In this document: positions 50,701-62,935 of the stretch, in pieces | Numbering within the stretch: position 1 is the stretch's first letter | Layout: every line of letters begins with the position of its first letter | The notes under the pieces: model-generated | Databases searched by the model: none | The model's input: the letters and a program-made list of their open reading frames with translations, nothing else | Told to the model about the DNA's origin: nothing | Position numbers and translations under genes: made by a program | DNA from: Phoronis australis | Lineage: Eukaryota > Animalia > Phoronida | Direction: 5' to 3' | Assembly: GCA_002633005.1 (NCBI GenBank) | Contig: NMRA01000159.1 | Coordinates: 472,547 to 536,546 of the forward strand | Length of the DNA stretch: 64,000 nt

Positions 50701-53700
50701 TGAAGTGCCTTTACGTCCGTAATTTACGGGCGGCCCTTTCCCCATGGCCAACCACCAACGGTACTCGCCAATTCATAATGAATGCAGAATTTCAGATTCG
50801 GATTACGCTTATCGTTCACGTGAAACAGATATAACCAACTTAAATTAAACAGAAAACAAAAAGTCGCCGTCAGATGACGGACCTGCAAGGTGGTTCACGG
50901 TAAAGTCTTCGTGGTGCAAAATTCGCAGCAACAACGCAATTTCATGCACCTGATATGTTCAAATTGATTATTATTTGTCAAATGTCCGCCGACATTTTCC
51001 TACACCTGCTTTTTAACTATTGACATTGCTGCACCTAGATTCAAATTTCGACAATATTCCTCAGGCATATTCCTAAATCAACATTTCCCGTGATCTATTC
51101 GCATTTTTAGCGCATGTCACCCTTTCATCCATTGTTACGGCTTAGAAACATCAAGTCTCGAGTCTTCAGCTTTCATTGGCTAAACAATGAATCGTACAGT
51201 TTCTCGGCCGTCAGACACGACCCTGTTGCTGTCTTTGCTGCCACGTGAGAATGTCCTTTTTCCTCCTTGGTCGGGTTGTGTACGACTCAACAATTCCAGT
51301 ATGGCGACATTTTTCGACAAGAAGATTACATCCGATTGTTAACTGCCTCATAGATTGTAAACATACGAGATATGATTTGTTTGGTTACATGCCTTTAATG
51401 ATAAAAATCGTGAAATTTAGCCGAACCACGCTGCAGCTTGATCGTTTGACTTCAATTGCGTTTTCACCGTTCGTGATTTCGACATGGCCTGTTCCTATCA
51501 ATGCAGTTTTTTATTATTTCTTTGACATCGGTTTACCGATTTCCAAGATTTTGTCTTAGTCTATGATCGCGTACCAGGAGTGATTTATCGACTCTTTAAA
51601 GTAATACCCGATTCACATGCTTGTTAAAACGTAAGCGTTTTGCTAGCTTTTTCGCTGGCAGCAAAAGCACCAGTAACGTGAACTATAGCAAGGGTCACTT
51701 AACTGGCGATTCGCTGAAGGTTTGAGTTATCCCAAAACTACTGGCGTTTTCGCTAGCATTTTATAGTCAAACCTTTTACTTCAAAGAACACGCATGCGCT
51801 GGGATAAGAAGCCTTTGTTCTATCGTCACATGATTGAAATTCAATCATTGAATGTATGGCAAAGAGTGAACGTGTTGTGACATTAATTTTCCTTTTAAAA
51901 GGACACTAAACCCGGTTTTGGCCTATTGAAAGACTTTCCCATCCAGTTCTCTGAAACAAAATAATGCTCTGTAACCTTCGACAACCCTCAAAACTTTGGA
52001 AGACAGGTTGCAAACTCCTTTCAAATTCTGCTAAATGGGAAAGCGATTTAGCGAATTATGGGGCAACCGTGGGAAAAGACCACCCACCAAGGAACATAAT
52101 ATCTAAGTATTTGTGAGATAGGCAGTATGAGTTTTTAGTTGACCCCTTTATTTATTTTCTTGGATTGACGCCAATGATGCATTAGCAAGTGATCAGGAAA
52201 ATTGAGTGAAAATCATCAAACCAGGGCCCGGTCTCCAATCTTTTTACTCGAAATGGAACTCGAAATTAGGATTTACTTTTGGGCGAACTCAATATAAGTG
52301 TCTACTATTCTATGCTCGAGTACACAATAACTTACGTAGATAATTTATTGCCCTTAGTTCACAGTTTGTAAACCCAATATTAAAGCAATAAGTTCGAGTT
52401 TGAACTCGAAATTTCGAGTTTTTACTCGAGTTTGTAGCACGAATATAAGGGTCTTCAAGGGCAAACTTGAACTAGAAACTCCTATGCATAAACTATTATG
52501 TATTCGAGCACCTTCTGATAACCAATTATCTAAGTTCGCACAAAAGGAGCAGAGAAATTGCCAAAAATAGTTTCGAGTTCGTTTCGAGTACAAAGATTAG
52601 AGACCGGGCCCAGTCTTTAGCATCCTTTTAAAAGCGACTGCTGGCGAAAATTAACCCCGGCTAAAATGCTAGCGTTTTCGCTGGTTTTAGCGTGAGAAAC
52701 TACTATCCTTTTCGTCACTCATGGGAATTTAGAATTAAGAGAATTATCACCACTCCTGTTTTTAAAATGACTGTAGGAATAAACTTGCTAACGACGAAAA
52801 CGAAGACAAACCTTCTTTGTATCTGTATTGAACACGTATAACACAACTGTTTCTAATAAATCTCGACAATTTATTTCCACAAAAGCATGAGATAGGTTTT
52901 GTAAATTCACCTTTCGCGAGAGGAGATCAACATCCCACCTGTGACAAGTGTACACGTGTGTATTAGTATCAATTATTTCTAATTTCAGGAAAGTTCCACG
53001 AACCATTACGACGAGCATACAACTAAAAAATTTCGCTCAAAAATCTGTGAAATTTTGGCTCAGCAATTTTGATAGGACGTTTCACGGTTTGGCTGGACAC
53101 GTCGAAGTCACACTATTGGGGCTAACATTGCTAAGCTATTCAAGACATTTTACCTTATTGTTAAGGTACAGTGTCCGATTTCAGCCAGTGACAAACTGTA
53201 AGTTTTGCCCCAAGCTCAGTTACCTCGGATGTGAGTAAGGATTTTTTTATAAGGAAAGCGAATCTGAAACGATGAAGGGCAGGTTTATACATGTAGGTGC
53301 TTTCATGAAAACACTGTGAGGGCAACAGAGCCTCCACGTTTGTAATCACGTGTCCTTTCTTCTGAAAAGTCGTGTTCTTACGAAGATAGAGCTTCAATAT
53401 AACAGTCCATTGTCTGTCAGGACTCTAGCATTTTCACTGAACGTGAACCAGTAAACACAGTCAAGAAATGTGTGAATACTGGTCCTAAATCTACCATTTC
53501 CCTAAAAGTAGCCTACCTGAATGACCGATGTTCTGAAGGACAACATGGCCGTTGTCATGGTCGAAGTTAGTCAGTTTGATTTCTGTCAATTTCGAGTCGT
53601 ACTCGGGGTTTTCAATGTCGATGGGCGATTGACTGTCCTTCTTGCAGTCGCCAGGCCAATCACTTGGTCCCACGTTGCTATCTGAATACGACCATTGGCT

Positions 53701-56700
53701 ATCTACAATGAAGAAAGCATTTTCTAAATGTGTAGCCGTTTTCCACAGACATTGTTTTCAAAACTAGGTTATAAGCATTTAAAACTAGGCTGTTCCCCCC
53801 ACAAAATTGGCTTCAAAACCTACCTTATCTCGACAAGAACTCATTTCCTTTGCCAGAACGCACATCAAGCGCTTGTCTTTGTTATCATTTGTTACAAGTA
53901 ACGTTGCATACCTAGTTAAGTTATTGGTCTTCGTTGGTATTTCTCTCCAATATGGGCGTGGAGGCAGACCAGATGTCGAATCCACTAAAATACTCCAAAT
54001 TGTAAACTACCTTTCTTTCGCCAAGTGACGATCCGATCTAAGTCCGTCAAGCACTTTTGTAGCCTGTAGTTTTCGCGCCATTGGAGTTCAACATGTTCTT
54101 TGTTTTCTTTTACAGTTTTTTCTCGGCTGCATTGTTCTTTTCGTCCGTCCAATGCTGTGCTGGAGGATGCTTTCCCGTTGGGAGAAAGTTGGGGAAAGTT
54201 TACACACATCTGCGGATGCGTGATTGTCCCCTTCACGACATTAATAAAAGACAACGAAAAGCGGGACGAGTGGATAAAGCAAGATACCTTTCAATTCCGT
54301 ACTTTTAAACGAGAATATTTTCATGTGCATACACCTCGACAGTTTCCGATATGACTGTATCTTACGGTATCTTAGCCTTGGTGCTTAGAAAAATTACGTC
54401 CGCGCTCTTATCTGATGTGACACTGATTTTCCAATTTGTCTCTCAATTTTGATGTCACGCTGGCTCTGTAACTGCTTAAAGTTGAAAACGGATTTTGTTT
54501 CGGGACTTAGTAGTAGAGGAGAGACGTGTCTGCATAGAGGACTACTTTGGTACTCGGGATATTTGCCAGTGAAAGGTCCTTTACGTGTATAAGAAAGAAA
54601 AATGGGACTCTTGTACTACCTTAAAGTACAGTAGTTGACGAATGTAATCGGAAAAATACTGTTTCTCCGACTAAGTCGTCAACCAGAACAATAACTATTA
54701 TTACGGCAAAAGTTGTCAACCAGAACAATAACTATTATTACGGCAAAATTCTTATTGTTGAATGGTTTAGCAACCTTACTAACCCCTCGATTTCGCGAGC
54801 CCTTTAAATACATGGTGAAATGGCTTGTAGTCGTGCTAACTGAATCTGAGATTGCCTGAAAAGGGTGCTTCTATGAGAGGAAGAACACGTAAGCACGACC
54901 TGATACAAACGTAGGATTTGTGATTATTTTAACGATTATTCCATGTTTATTCTACTGATGCCTGTATACTGAGGTACTCGTCGATGTCGACTTCGCGACA
55001 GTCGGGTTAATCTTTGTTTGTTGTGATGTGTGTTACTTGACGTAGCACTCGGGATCTTTTCGTACACCAAAGCAGTATTATTGTTTGGAATGATTTCTAA
55101 CAGGTTTATCAATGACAGTTACGTTAATGAATGCTGAATGTTTATGCTGTTAACTCGATATTGGTTAGTGAGTTAAGATTACAATCCAACCCCAATGCCA
55201 TAGCAAAGGGTACGTGACAAATATCCATTAGACTATTTGTTTACTTCCTATTTTGTGTCTTAAGAAATCTATTACACGTTGAAATGGAAATGTATCATGT
55301 CTGTTTTCACGTGACCTTTGAATTACAGGTTTGAGGGCATGTACCGTGCAGAGGAAATATGCATCGCTTCTGCACCGTCCCTGAATGGACAAAAATTAGT
55401 TTTAAGCAGATGACTGCAGCTAACCAGCAAGATCTTCCCATCCAGTGCAGATCTGTTGTCAAAGCCTACTTTCTGTATTGGAGACAACGAACAAAGCCTT
55501 TGAAAACAGCTATTTTTAAAGAAAAGTATGTAAGTCGTTTAGTTAATTTACTTATCCAGGTCCTTAGCGGGGGATTGGCATAGGGGGTTGGGGTTGTAAA
55601 ATTTGGTGCAACTGAATGTGTGGAAATAACAGGTAATAATGTCTGGGGAGAAATAGCATGGTGAGGTAATTCTTAACCTTCAGGAAGTTCCTTCAAGTTT
55701 ATTTCATGAAACTGTTTTGCTATCAATTGTAAACCCATAAAAATATAAAACATTTTCTGAATTCTCAATTACTGAATAGTCTTAACTCATGCCTTGAAAT
55801 GTTGCAAGTCGTTTATAAATTCAAAAGACTGCCATTTTGTGAAAATTGCATTTTTGACGGTTCCTTACGATTTGTAATTACTCTTAAACAACAGAAAAAT
55901 TATCAATCATTTTTTAAATGACCCATGTCTTCATATCTTCTATTAGATGCCCTTTCATAGGCAATAAGTCATGTGTGGACAATAGCTTATTTCCTTTCCT
56001 GGAAGAAAGATGAGGGATTGAAGCTAAAGAAGACCTATTGACACTCCGGTCTAGTTCAGGGTGAGATTTTGGGCTCAAAACGAGTCAAGTGATATGCTGT
56101 TGTGTCTACCTTCAAGGATCTAATTGTGGATGTTATTGAGGCTGAATGAGGTTACATGAAGGAAAGCCACGTGCCGAAACTGGACCTTTTTTACAAGCGC
56201 TTCTGTAGGCCATTGAAACTAGATCCCAAAAGCATCTGGTATAAATACCTGTCCTTTCTCACTGAGTGACATTAACTTTTCCTTTTAGAAAAAAGGCTTT
56301 ATACTAAAGGTGAAAACTTTTCAATTTGGTACACATTATGGGGAAATGACGTTCACTGACTGCATCTATTGTCTTAATGTCAGTAGAAAGCCCGTTACTG
56401 TTACATTTTGATGATCGAATAAATTTTTCATCAACTGGTAAGTTTGTCACTAATTATTGAAACCACAATATTTGCTCAGTTTTAAAGACCCATGCAGTGC
56501 AGTTTTGCTTATTCTTTATAAAGCTGAAATGATTACCGATTACGCTTGCGAATTGTCATTTTCCTGGTGACCTCTAGAAATGTGCAGTGATCAAAATGAA
56601 GTATTCCTTTTGTTTGCATTTGATTTGTTTGTGTGTGTAATTATTTTTAAAGCTTTTTTAAGAAGGCCTTTGAACAATTTGAAGTTTTGTGTTATCTTGT

Positions 56701-59700
56701 CCACAACAAAAAGTTACACATGCAAGACAAGTATGTTTTCAATTGCAGCTAGCTGGATAAGAATCTGCTATGCACAAGATTCGAGAATAATCAATTATCA
56801 GTGTACTTAAAAAAAACAAAATGGCAAACTGAACAACCACATACATACAAAGAAACAACATTGTTCAAAACGATTGTAATTTTCCCAATGCAACAGAGTA
56901 CATTATCAGGCATATCAAAGTTGAATTTCTGAATTAGGTTCAATTCTCTCAGGTTATTGCCCAATAGTGCTACAGGTGCGTTGTACTTCCTTTCCACATG
57001 TAGGGAAATTGGTTATTGGAAAGATTTTTATAAACGAGTTTGGCTAAAATAGTATTTGTCGGTACAGCTATCACGATCATTTTCTTGGTTATACAGTCAG
57101 GTCCCTCAGATTTCGTTGTGCCTAGATTTTCATTAATTTTGCTCTTGTTTGCCTTTGCAGTTGCGCTTTGCATGATGCTGCTAGGGCTGTAGGGTATCGA
57201 TCATCAATGTGCCCGCTGGACTTATGCGATGTCTCAGGAATGTAGATGTTATAACAAAGAATTCACAAAAGTGCTGTTGGTCAATTCCTGTCTCAGGCGT
57301 TCGTAAACTCGCGGGTTAACGCCCATGCCCGGGTAATCGCACATCCCCGACTTTTTGTCAATTGTCGGCGTAAGCGCCCACCCCCCTGTCTCAGGGTTTC
57401 CCAATTTAAGCGCCCAGGGCGTTAACCCGCGAGTTTACGGTACATTTGAGTTTGGGCACTTCATAACGTTGAATCTGCCCTTGTTTCATCCCGGTAACAC
57501 TACGCCGGCTAAAACGAAATCGAATTGGCCCTTTTCGTGAAATCGATTTCAAAACATTCCTTACCGTTGTAGGATTCTGTTCCTGTTAATGTGACGGGAC
57601 GTTCGTAACTTTACGCTTATTGTTATTCTTATTTAGTTGCAAATGTTCAGTTATTTTTATGCTAATGTCTTTTTTCAATTTCACTGCGCTTTGTTTTCAT
57701 ATTGTATGTTAATGATGTCGGGACGACATTTTTTGTTAGGGGGGAGAATGTGACGGGACGTTCGTAACTTTACGCTTATTGTTATTCTTATTTAGTTGCA
57801 AATGTTCAGTTATTCTTATGCTAATGTCTTTGTTGCGTCTCAGTGCGCCTTTGTTACGTGGGTATGTGGGCGCGACTGTACATGTATGTGTCGGGCACTT
57901 CGCTAGCGACAGGCTTAGGAGAAGGGTGTTTCCTTCCTTTGCCTTCATGAAAATTGATCGTTATCATGTGCAATTGAACTGAAACGTATGCCTGATGAGA
58001 GGGAATACACATTTTTGATGTTCAGTGGAGACTTGCTGTGTTACATTAATAACAAGAGCATCGAAACCATCAGTGACCCAAGAACGCTCCAAAGTTTATT
58101 GGAGTTGCCTAACCCTCTAAATTCGCTAATGCAAGAACGTCATATGTAGGGCCTACACATTGCCTGTTTTTGAGCTCGTAACGGAAATGGAATCTTCTCA
58201 CAGTAAGGAATAATACAAGACCGGTTTATGAGAGTAAAAGGTTCGATTAAATTTGCTTTTTCATCCGGTCTAAAGCCACAGTATAGGCCTTTGTAGCTCC
58301 CCAAAAATGAAGAATATGGTGTGGGTCATTTTTGACGGCAGTTTTGTGGAATAAAAGGAAAGTTACTGTCACAAATGGTATTCTGTAGTTCCTTGAAGAT
58401 GTTTTAAGTAAATTGAGTTCTGAAATTTGGCACCTGCCTCCCGTTCACTCAGTAACGCTAGGACCTCGCTAAAAAGCAAGACTTCACGAGATTACGTGAG
58501 ACATTACCGTGTATTTTAAATGAGAACACGTGACTTTGACTAGGTTTTAGCTAGGTCCTACCGTAGGTCCTAGCGTCTACTGAACGCACGCCTGCTCTTG
58601 TCTACTAGGATACGGAAGTGCCGTCATTTTGAGAGAGCATCCTTGTTGAGTGTTGAATTCTTGGATCGAATTCAGAAACCCTTCAGACAAGTGACAATTG
58701 TCAAAACACTGGTTGTATGACAAATTTAAATCTGAATTTCTGGCATTCTGATGATGGTCTCTTTTCTTGCCATCGGAGCAGTCGTGAATTTGTGATTGTA
58801 AGTAAAATATGGCCAAAATCGCAATTTTTGGTCATTTTTGACACCTCGATTTTTTCTCACGGTGGGTGTTGCAAGGGTGTAGCAAGGTAAAAAGTTAAAG
58901 ATATGGCTTTGTTTGAATTTCATCATTTTTGAGAAACCCCGCAGAGTGTACTTTCTGTCGACCACTTGTGCCATTTTTCGGGTGTCCGAGACAGTCGCGC
59001 AAACAAGGGCTTTGATTGACCCAGGCCAGTGGTACTGTGGTCCTCCATTGGAAATGTACGTGACTTGACAATTAGATCTTGCATCAGGAGTCGATTTATA
59101 TACCAGGAGGTATCCATGTAGGTCACTGATATATGTGATTGATACAATAACAGTCCCAAGCTCGGGGTACTAGTAAGAGATCGAAATAAACAAGGTCAAT
59201 AGTATGACGTAACATAATCGGACGCACAATACATAGCTCGGTACTGGGTAACACGATGTTGTACCTGCATTATATTTAAACTATGAAACGAAGTCTCGAT
59301 TTCACGAAAACATACCGAATTAAAAAAAATGTACTCAATTTATCGTTTTAAATTCAATCGTAAAGTATATTCCAATATGGGCCGCCCGTATTTGAATTCC
59401 GATTCGGGAACGGCCCAAATAGGAATATTCCGATTTGGGCCTGATTCCAGTATGGGCCGGAACAACAACACAATGATTACGTATCAGCCAGGTCACGCAA
59501 CGAATGACTTGTCTGGCTGTGCATCCGACTATGTAGTTAATTGCACCTGCTTTCGAGGTAGGCTTACGATGGCTTTTCTTACGGGTACTTGCTTAAACAA
59601 AACGTATATGCTAGAGTACGTCAGTGTGCTGCCATACAACGCACAAGCATATACGCCTACGTTGAATGAAATGCAACAGCGCTAACGCGAAAACGAGACA

Positions 59701-59968
59701 CCTATACGCTACGTTTGATTTTAAAACACCCACAACAGATGAATTTTAGATGACTGCCGGTGATGTCAGTGCCCTTTATAAAGATACCGCTTCAACCGAC
59801 GTAGGCAAAATGTACATGGCAAGTCGAGAAATGGATAACACATTTTATGCAAATAAGCCATAGTAAAACTTAATTTCAACTGAAGAAAAATCAGGTAAGA
59901 TAGAGCTACTAACCGTCAGCCGCTTTCGCCAGTACAAAAATTGCCACGATCAAAGTAGACCTGAACAT
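45518..59968 (-). CDS. Alpha-carbonic anhydrase, secreted/possibly GPI-anchored, 297 aa: complement(join(59914-59968,53517-53702,48671-48816,47050-47209,46193-46356,45518-45700))
   Basis: Six phase-consistent GT-AG exons totalling 894 nt. Signal peptide [18 protein letters not shown]; WSY, QSPIDI, NIGHS (His64 equivalent), QFHFHWG...[44 protein letters not shown]; hydrophobic C-terminal tail. Confidence 0.95.
46193..46356 (-). CDS. Carbonic anhydrase exon 5 (..[23 protein letters not shown])
   Basis: GSLTTPPC signature; ttatag / gtaatg splice sites. Confidence 0.95.
47050..47209 (-). CDS. Carbonic anhydrase exon 4 ([34 protein letters not shown]..)
   Basis: Third Zn-binding His and DGLAVLG; ttccag / gtaagc splice sites. 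Confidence 0.95.
47692..47764. repeat. (CTG)n microsatellite in CA intron 3
   Basis: About 24 perfect triplets. Confidence 0.97.
47912..48076 (-). mobile_element. CAGGGGCGGATCC-family MITE
   Basis: Reverse-complement homolog of 5147-5304. Confidence 0.7.
48286..48390. repeat. (AAT/AAC)n degenerate microsatellite
   Basis: Gives rise to the spurious poly-Asn ORF. Confidence 0.9.
48671..48816 (-). CDS. Carbonic anhydrase exon 3 (..[28 protein letters not shown])
   Basis: Zn-binding HxH motif; tttcag / gtgaga splice sites; this frame is not in the ORF track. Confidence 0.95.
49015..49500 (+). mobile_element. RTE(BovB-like)-derived retroelement with 8-bp TSD CAGTCTGG
   Basis: [22 protein letters not shown]...[21 protein letters not shown] (RTE ORF C-terminus with C2H2 finger); hairpin cttcggatccgaag and short (caa) tail; TSD at 49007-49014 and 49501-49508. 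Confidence 0.85.
51899..52627. mobile_element. Kolobok-type MITE with TTAA TSD, interrupted by a Harbinger MITE
   Basis: ttaa|AAGGACACTAAAC ... TTTAGCATCCTT|ttaa; reverse-complement similarity to 19928-20276. Confidence 0.7.
52225..52610 (+). mobile_element. PIF/Harbinger-type MITE, CAG TSD
   Basis: Near-identical to 7150-7551; same TIRs and TSD. Confidence 0.88.
53517..53702 (-). CDS. Carbonic anhydrase exon 2 ([30 protein letters not shown])
   Basis: Alpha-CA N-terminal motifs; ttgtag / gtaggc splice sites. Confidence 0.95.
54673..54748. repeat. ~37-bp tandem duplication
   Basis: gtcaaccagaacaataactattattacggcaaaa present twice. Confidence 0.9.
57301..57440. mobile_element. 140-bp pogo-type MITE
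   Basis: TIRs CGTAAACTCGCGGGTTAACGCCC; taagcgccc subterminal motifs as in 14714-16103; TA on the right flank only. Confidence 0.7.
57590..58045 (+). mobile_element. Internally deleted LTR retrotransposon: partial 5' LTR, PPT and full 3' LTR; TSD TTAA
   Basis: LTR start tgtgacgggacgttcg at 57590 and 57749; polypurine aggggggagaa immediately before 57749; ends gttaca; ttaa on both flanks. Confidence 0.85.
59914..59968 (-). CDS. Carbonic anhydrase exon 1 (signal peptide)
   Basis: ATG plus hydrophobic stretch; gttagt donor in phase 1, matching exon 2. Confidence 0.75.
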
Positions 59969-60009
59969 TCTGGAGAGAACCGTTCTTTACTAATGCGCGT
60001 CAGGTAGCC

Positions 60010-60062
60010 TACTGAGATTGGTCTGAGATCAGGCATAACTTTTGTGTAGCCCCCGCCCTTTC
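60010..60062 (-). promoter_or_regulatory. Possible proximal promoter of the CA gene (CCAAT box and GC box)
   Basis: attgg (CCAAT on -) near 60017 and ccccgccc (GGGCGGGG on -) near 60051, within 100 bp upstream of the ATG; TSS unknown. Confidence 0.3.
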
Positions 60063-61046
60063 AACCACGCTAATGCCTGTGGTGCAGTCGCTATGGTGAT
60101 GACCGGGCTCTGATCGGGAAATAAATCTTTTGTTTGTCAGCAGACTGACGTAAGTTTCTTTAATGGAATGGCTCTGTGACTGAAATACCAGTTAACCAAA
60201 TTCTATCGCATACATTGAAACCACGATCTTTGATTCGGGTACCAAACGTCCCCTACTCGCATACTCTAAAAGTGTTCGAGGAAAATTGCATTGGTGGTCG
60301 ACCAATACTTTCACTTGAAACTTAAAAGGTCCCGACACCTTGAGAACTAAGTTTGCGATTGTGTTACTTCAGTCTATGCAAATTCTGGAAAGTACGGATG
60401 TCTAAAGTAAGTCTACAAGTTTGAGGACCTCATGTCTCTCCTTAACATTTCAGCTGAAGCCGTGATCGCCTCTTCGTAATAGTTATGGTGTCATCTCCGG
60501 CTCAATGCTCGGGGCCAAGCCGGCTGGGAACCTTTTACCTTGAATGTAAAGTCTATGGACTATAGTCTTTTTAAAAATATATGTGATGTCTGCATAGACC
60601 GTTTAGAACCACGTGCAAATGCACCACACGCAAGTTTCAAAAATGTGTATTTTAACTTCATTTCTATTTTTAGTTTATTTTCAACTCTTTCTAATGATAT
60701 AATATAGGACTTAACTCTGTGATACTTGCGGTCATATTACACCATTTACTAGGTAAGCCAACACTAGCGTGTGTCGCAAGCCGACTAGAGCGACGTCTTT
60801 CGTGAAAATGCATATTACACAGTAATTTTTAATTTTATTTGGCTGATTTTTCAGTTCGATTCGTTCCTCGCAGCACCAGCGACGGGGAGTTCCTGTTTCT
60901 CATGTGCGGCGGCATTTTGAAGACAGAAACAATAGCTCTACTGGCGGATGAATGTGCGGTGTTAAAAGCGTGCGATCGTCGGCATGGCCCTAAATTGGAC
61001 GTTTCAATCGTGTAGGCCGATTTAGTGGACAGTTATCGGTTGACAT

Positions 61047-61779
61047 TGAAATAGAATATGCTCAAATCCGTTAAATATGTTATTATTTTAAAATATTTTT
61101 AAAATGTACAATTGGTTTTGGGGAGGGGGATACGGAGGGAGAGGGATAGGGAGGGAGGGAGGGAAGGAGGGAGGGAAAAACTCATCAAAGGATGAATTCT
61201 GTTGCTTCACAACTCAGGTCAACGTCGGCATAACTTCCACAATATTTACGCTCAGAACTACACGTAATCCAGACATTCCGAACAGATCTGGATTTTAGTC
61301 GTTAGAGCATGTGCTACATGCCAAAATTATCAATAACATTAGGCCTGACATTGAAAGTTAAAACTGCTCTTCTGGATTACCTTCTTGATTTCCCGGCTAA
61401 GTCTTCGGATACCTCTNTGAAATAGAATATGCTCAAATCCGTTAAATATGTTATTATTTTAAAATATTTTTAAAATATACAATTGGTTTTGGGGAGGGGG
61501 ATACGGAGGGAGGGGGATAGGGAGGGAGGGAGGGAGCGAAAAACTCATCAAAGGATGAATTCTGTTGCTTCATAACTCAGGTCAACGTCGGCATAACTTC
61601 CACAATATTTACGCTCAGAACTACACGTAATCCAGACATTGCGAACAGATCTGGATTTTAGTCGTTAGAGCATGTGCTACATGCCAAAATTATCAATAAC
61701 ATTAGGCCTGACATTGAAAGTTAAAACTGCTCTTCTGGATTACCTTCTTGATTTCCCGGCTAGGTCTTCGGATACCTCT
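61047..61779. repeat. ~370-bp tandem duplication joined at a single N (likely assembly artefact)
   Basis: 61047-61416 and 61418-61779 are nearly identical, separated by n at 61417. Confidence 0.9.
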
Positions 61780-62819
61780 CGTCTCCTTCCTATGGGATAT
61801 TGATCGACCGTGATGAGCCGCGGGAACTCTGGTCCAAAGATCTAGGAAATAAAAAAAGGTAATCCAGATGGCCAGATTTTTGAAACTGATAACCGTTAAT
61901 ATCATGGACATTCCTGGATGTCTCAAGGTCGACGACCGGTCAGTCAATTGTCTGGTGACATTAAACGAAATCATTTAGATTTACGGCGCTTGTAAAACAC
62001 GAATTATTGCCAGTGAGGTTTCACGAGACATTCCCCCATTAAAACTGATTTACGCGCATTATTGGATGTGTCATTATACGTGGCTTAAATACGCGCTGTG
62101 TTGTCAGGTATGAGTACTTAAGTGATGTTGCCCCATTGTGTTATTCGGACAGCCGTTACGTTAATAGAACAACCGTTGCAATGCACGTCATTTCTCTTTT
62201 CTTTCATTGTAATTAGCCGTTGCACTGAACTTTCATAACAAAATTATGAATAGCAGTGGGCGTTACTTTTAGGAAGATTCGCTTAATATATCAGCTGATC
62301 ATTAGATAGGGTGAAAGTTAGGAGTGCGAAGGGACACTTAACATGAAAAAAGCAGATGTCGCAAATTTTGTACCCGGCCACCCATATGTTGGGGGGCAAA
62401 CCCCGGGGAGGCAGCCATCCGATCTTGAGTAACCGTGTTTCAACAAAATTTCACGGAGAGTGAGAATGAGGCCTTAGGCCTACCACAGACCGCGGCCAAA
62501 TAAAATCTGACACGGAATTAGTGACATTAAAAACCACACTCTTTCTTCAGTTAACTAAATTATTTATCGATGTTGTACCGCTATTTTGCTGCGAAAGTTG
62601 TGGAGCGATGTTATGCGTCGGCTTTCGGCGCTATGAAATGTAGCGCTAACTATAGGCTAGTTTCTTTTTTCGCCTAATTCTTCAATTAACTGTTCTAATT
62701 GCTCCACGAGGTTGCTTATCTGCCTCTGAAAGTGCAAAAAAATAGTTAATAGAAAAATCAAATCTAATTTGCAAGTTTGCCCTTTCCGCGCACTTACTGT
62801 AGCTAGTTCCATTTTCACC

Positions 62820-62935
62820 TACAGATTTGATTTTCCGAAGAGGTTGGATTTTTACCAGTTAGGTTTGATTTTCCGAACACGACTGATTTTTACGAATTTG
62901 TTTGATTTTCCAAACAATATTGAGTTTTAGGAATT
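62820..62935. repeat. Short degenerate tandem repeat (tttgattttccgaa...gatttttac)
   Basis: Three ~38-bp diverged units. Confidence 0.6.

Noticed and set aside
58051-59180. Possible minus-strand Helentron-type element
   Set aside because: Only weak terminal hints (aacaagag, gacccaag/gtcccaag) and no second full copy in the window to confirm.
61047-61779. 370-bp tandem duplication upstream of the CA gene as a duplicated regulatory element
   Set aside because: The copies are joined exactly at a single N and differ by a few SNPs and indels, typical of overlapping haplotype contig ends.
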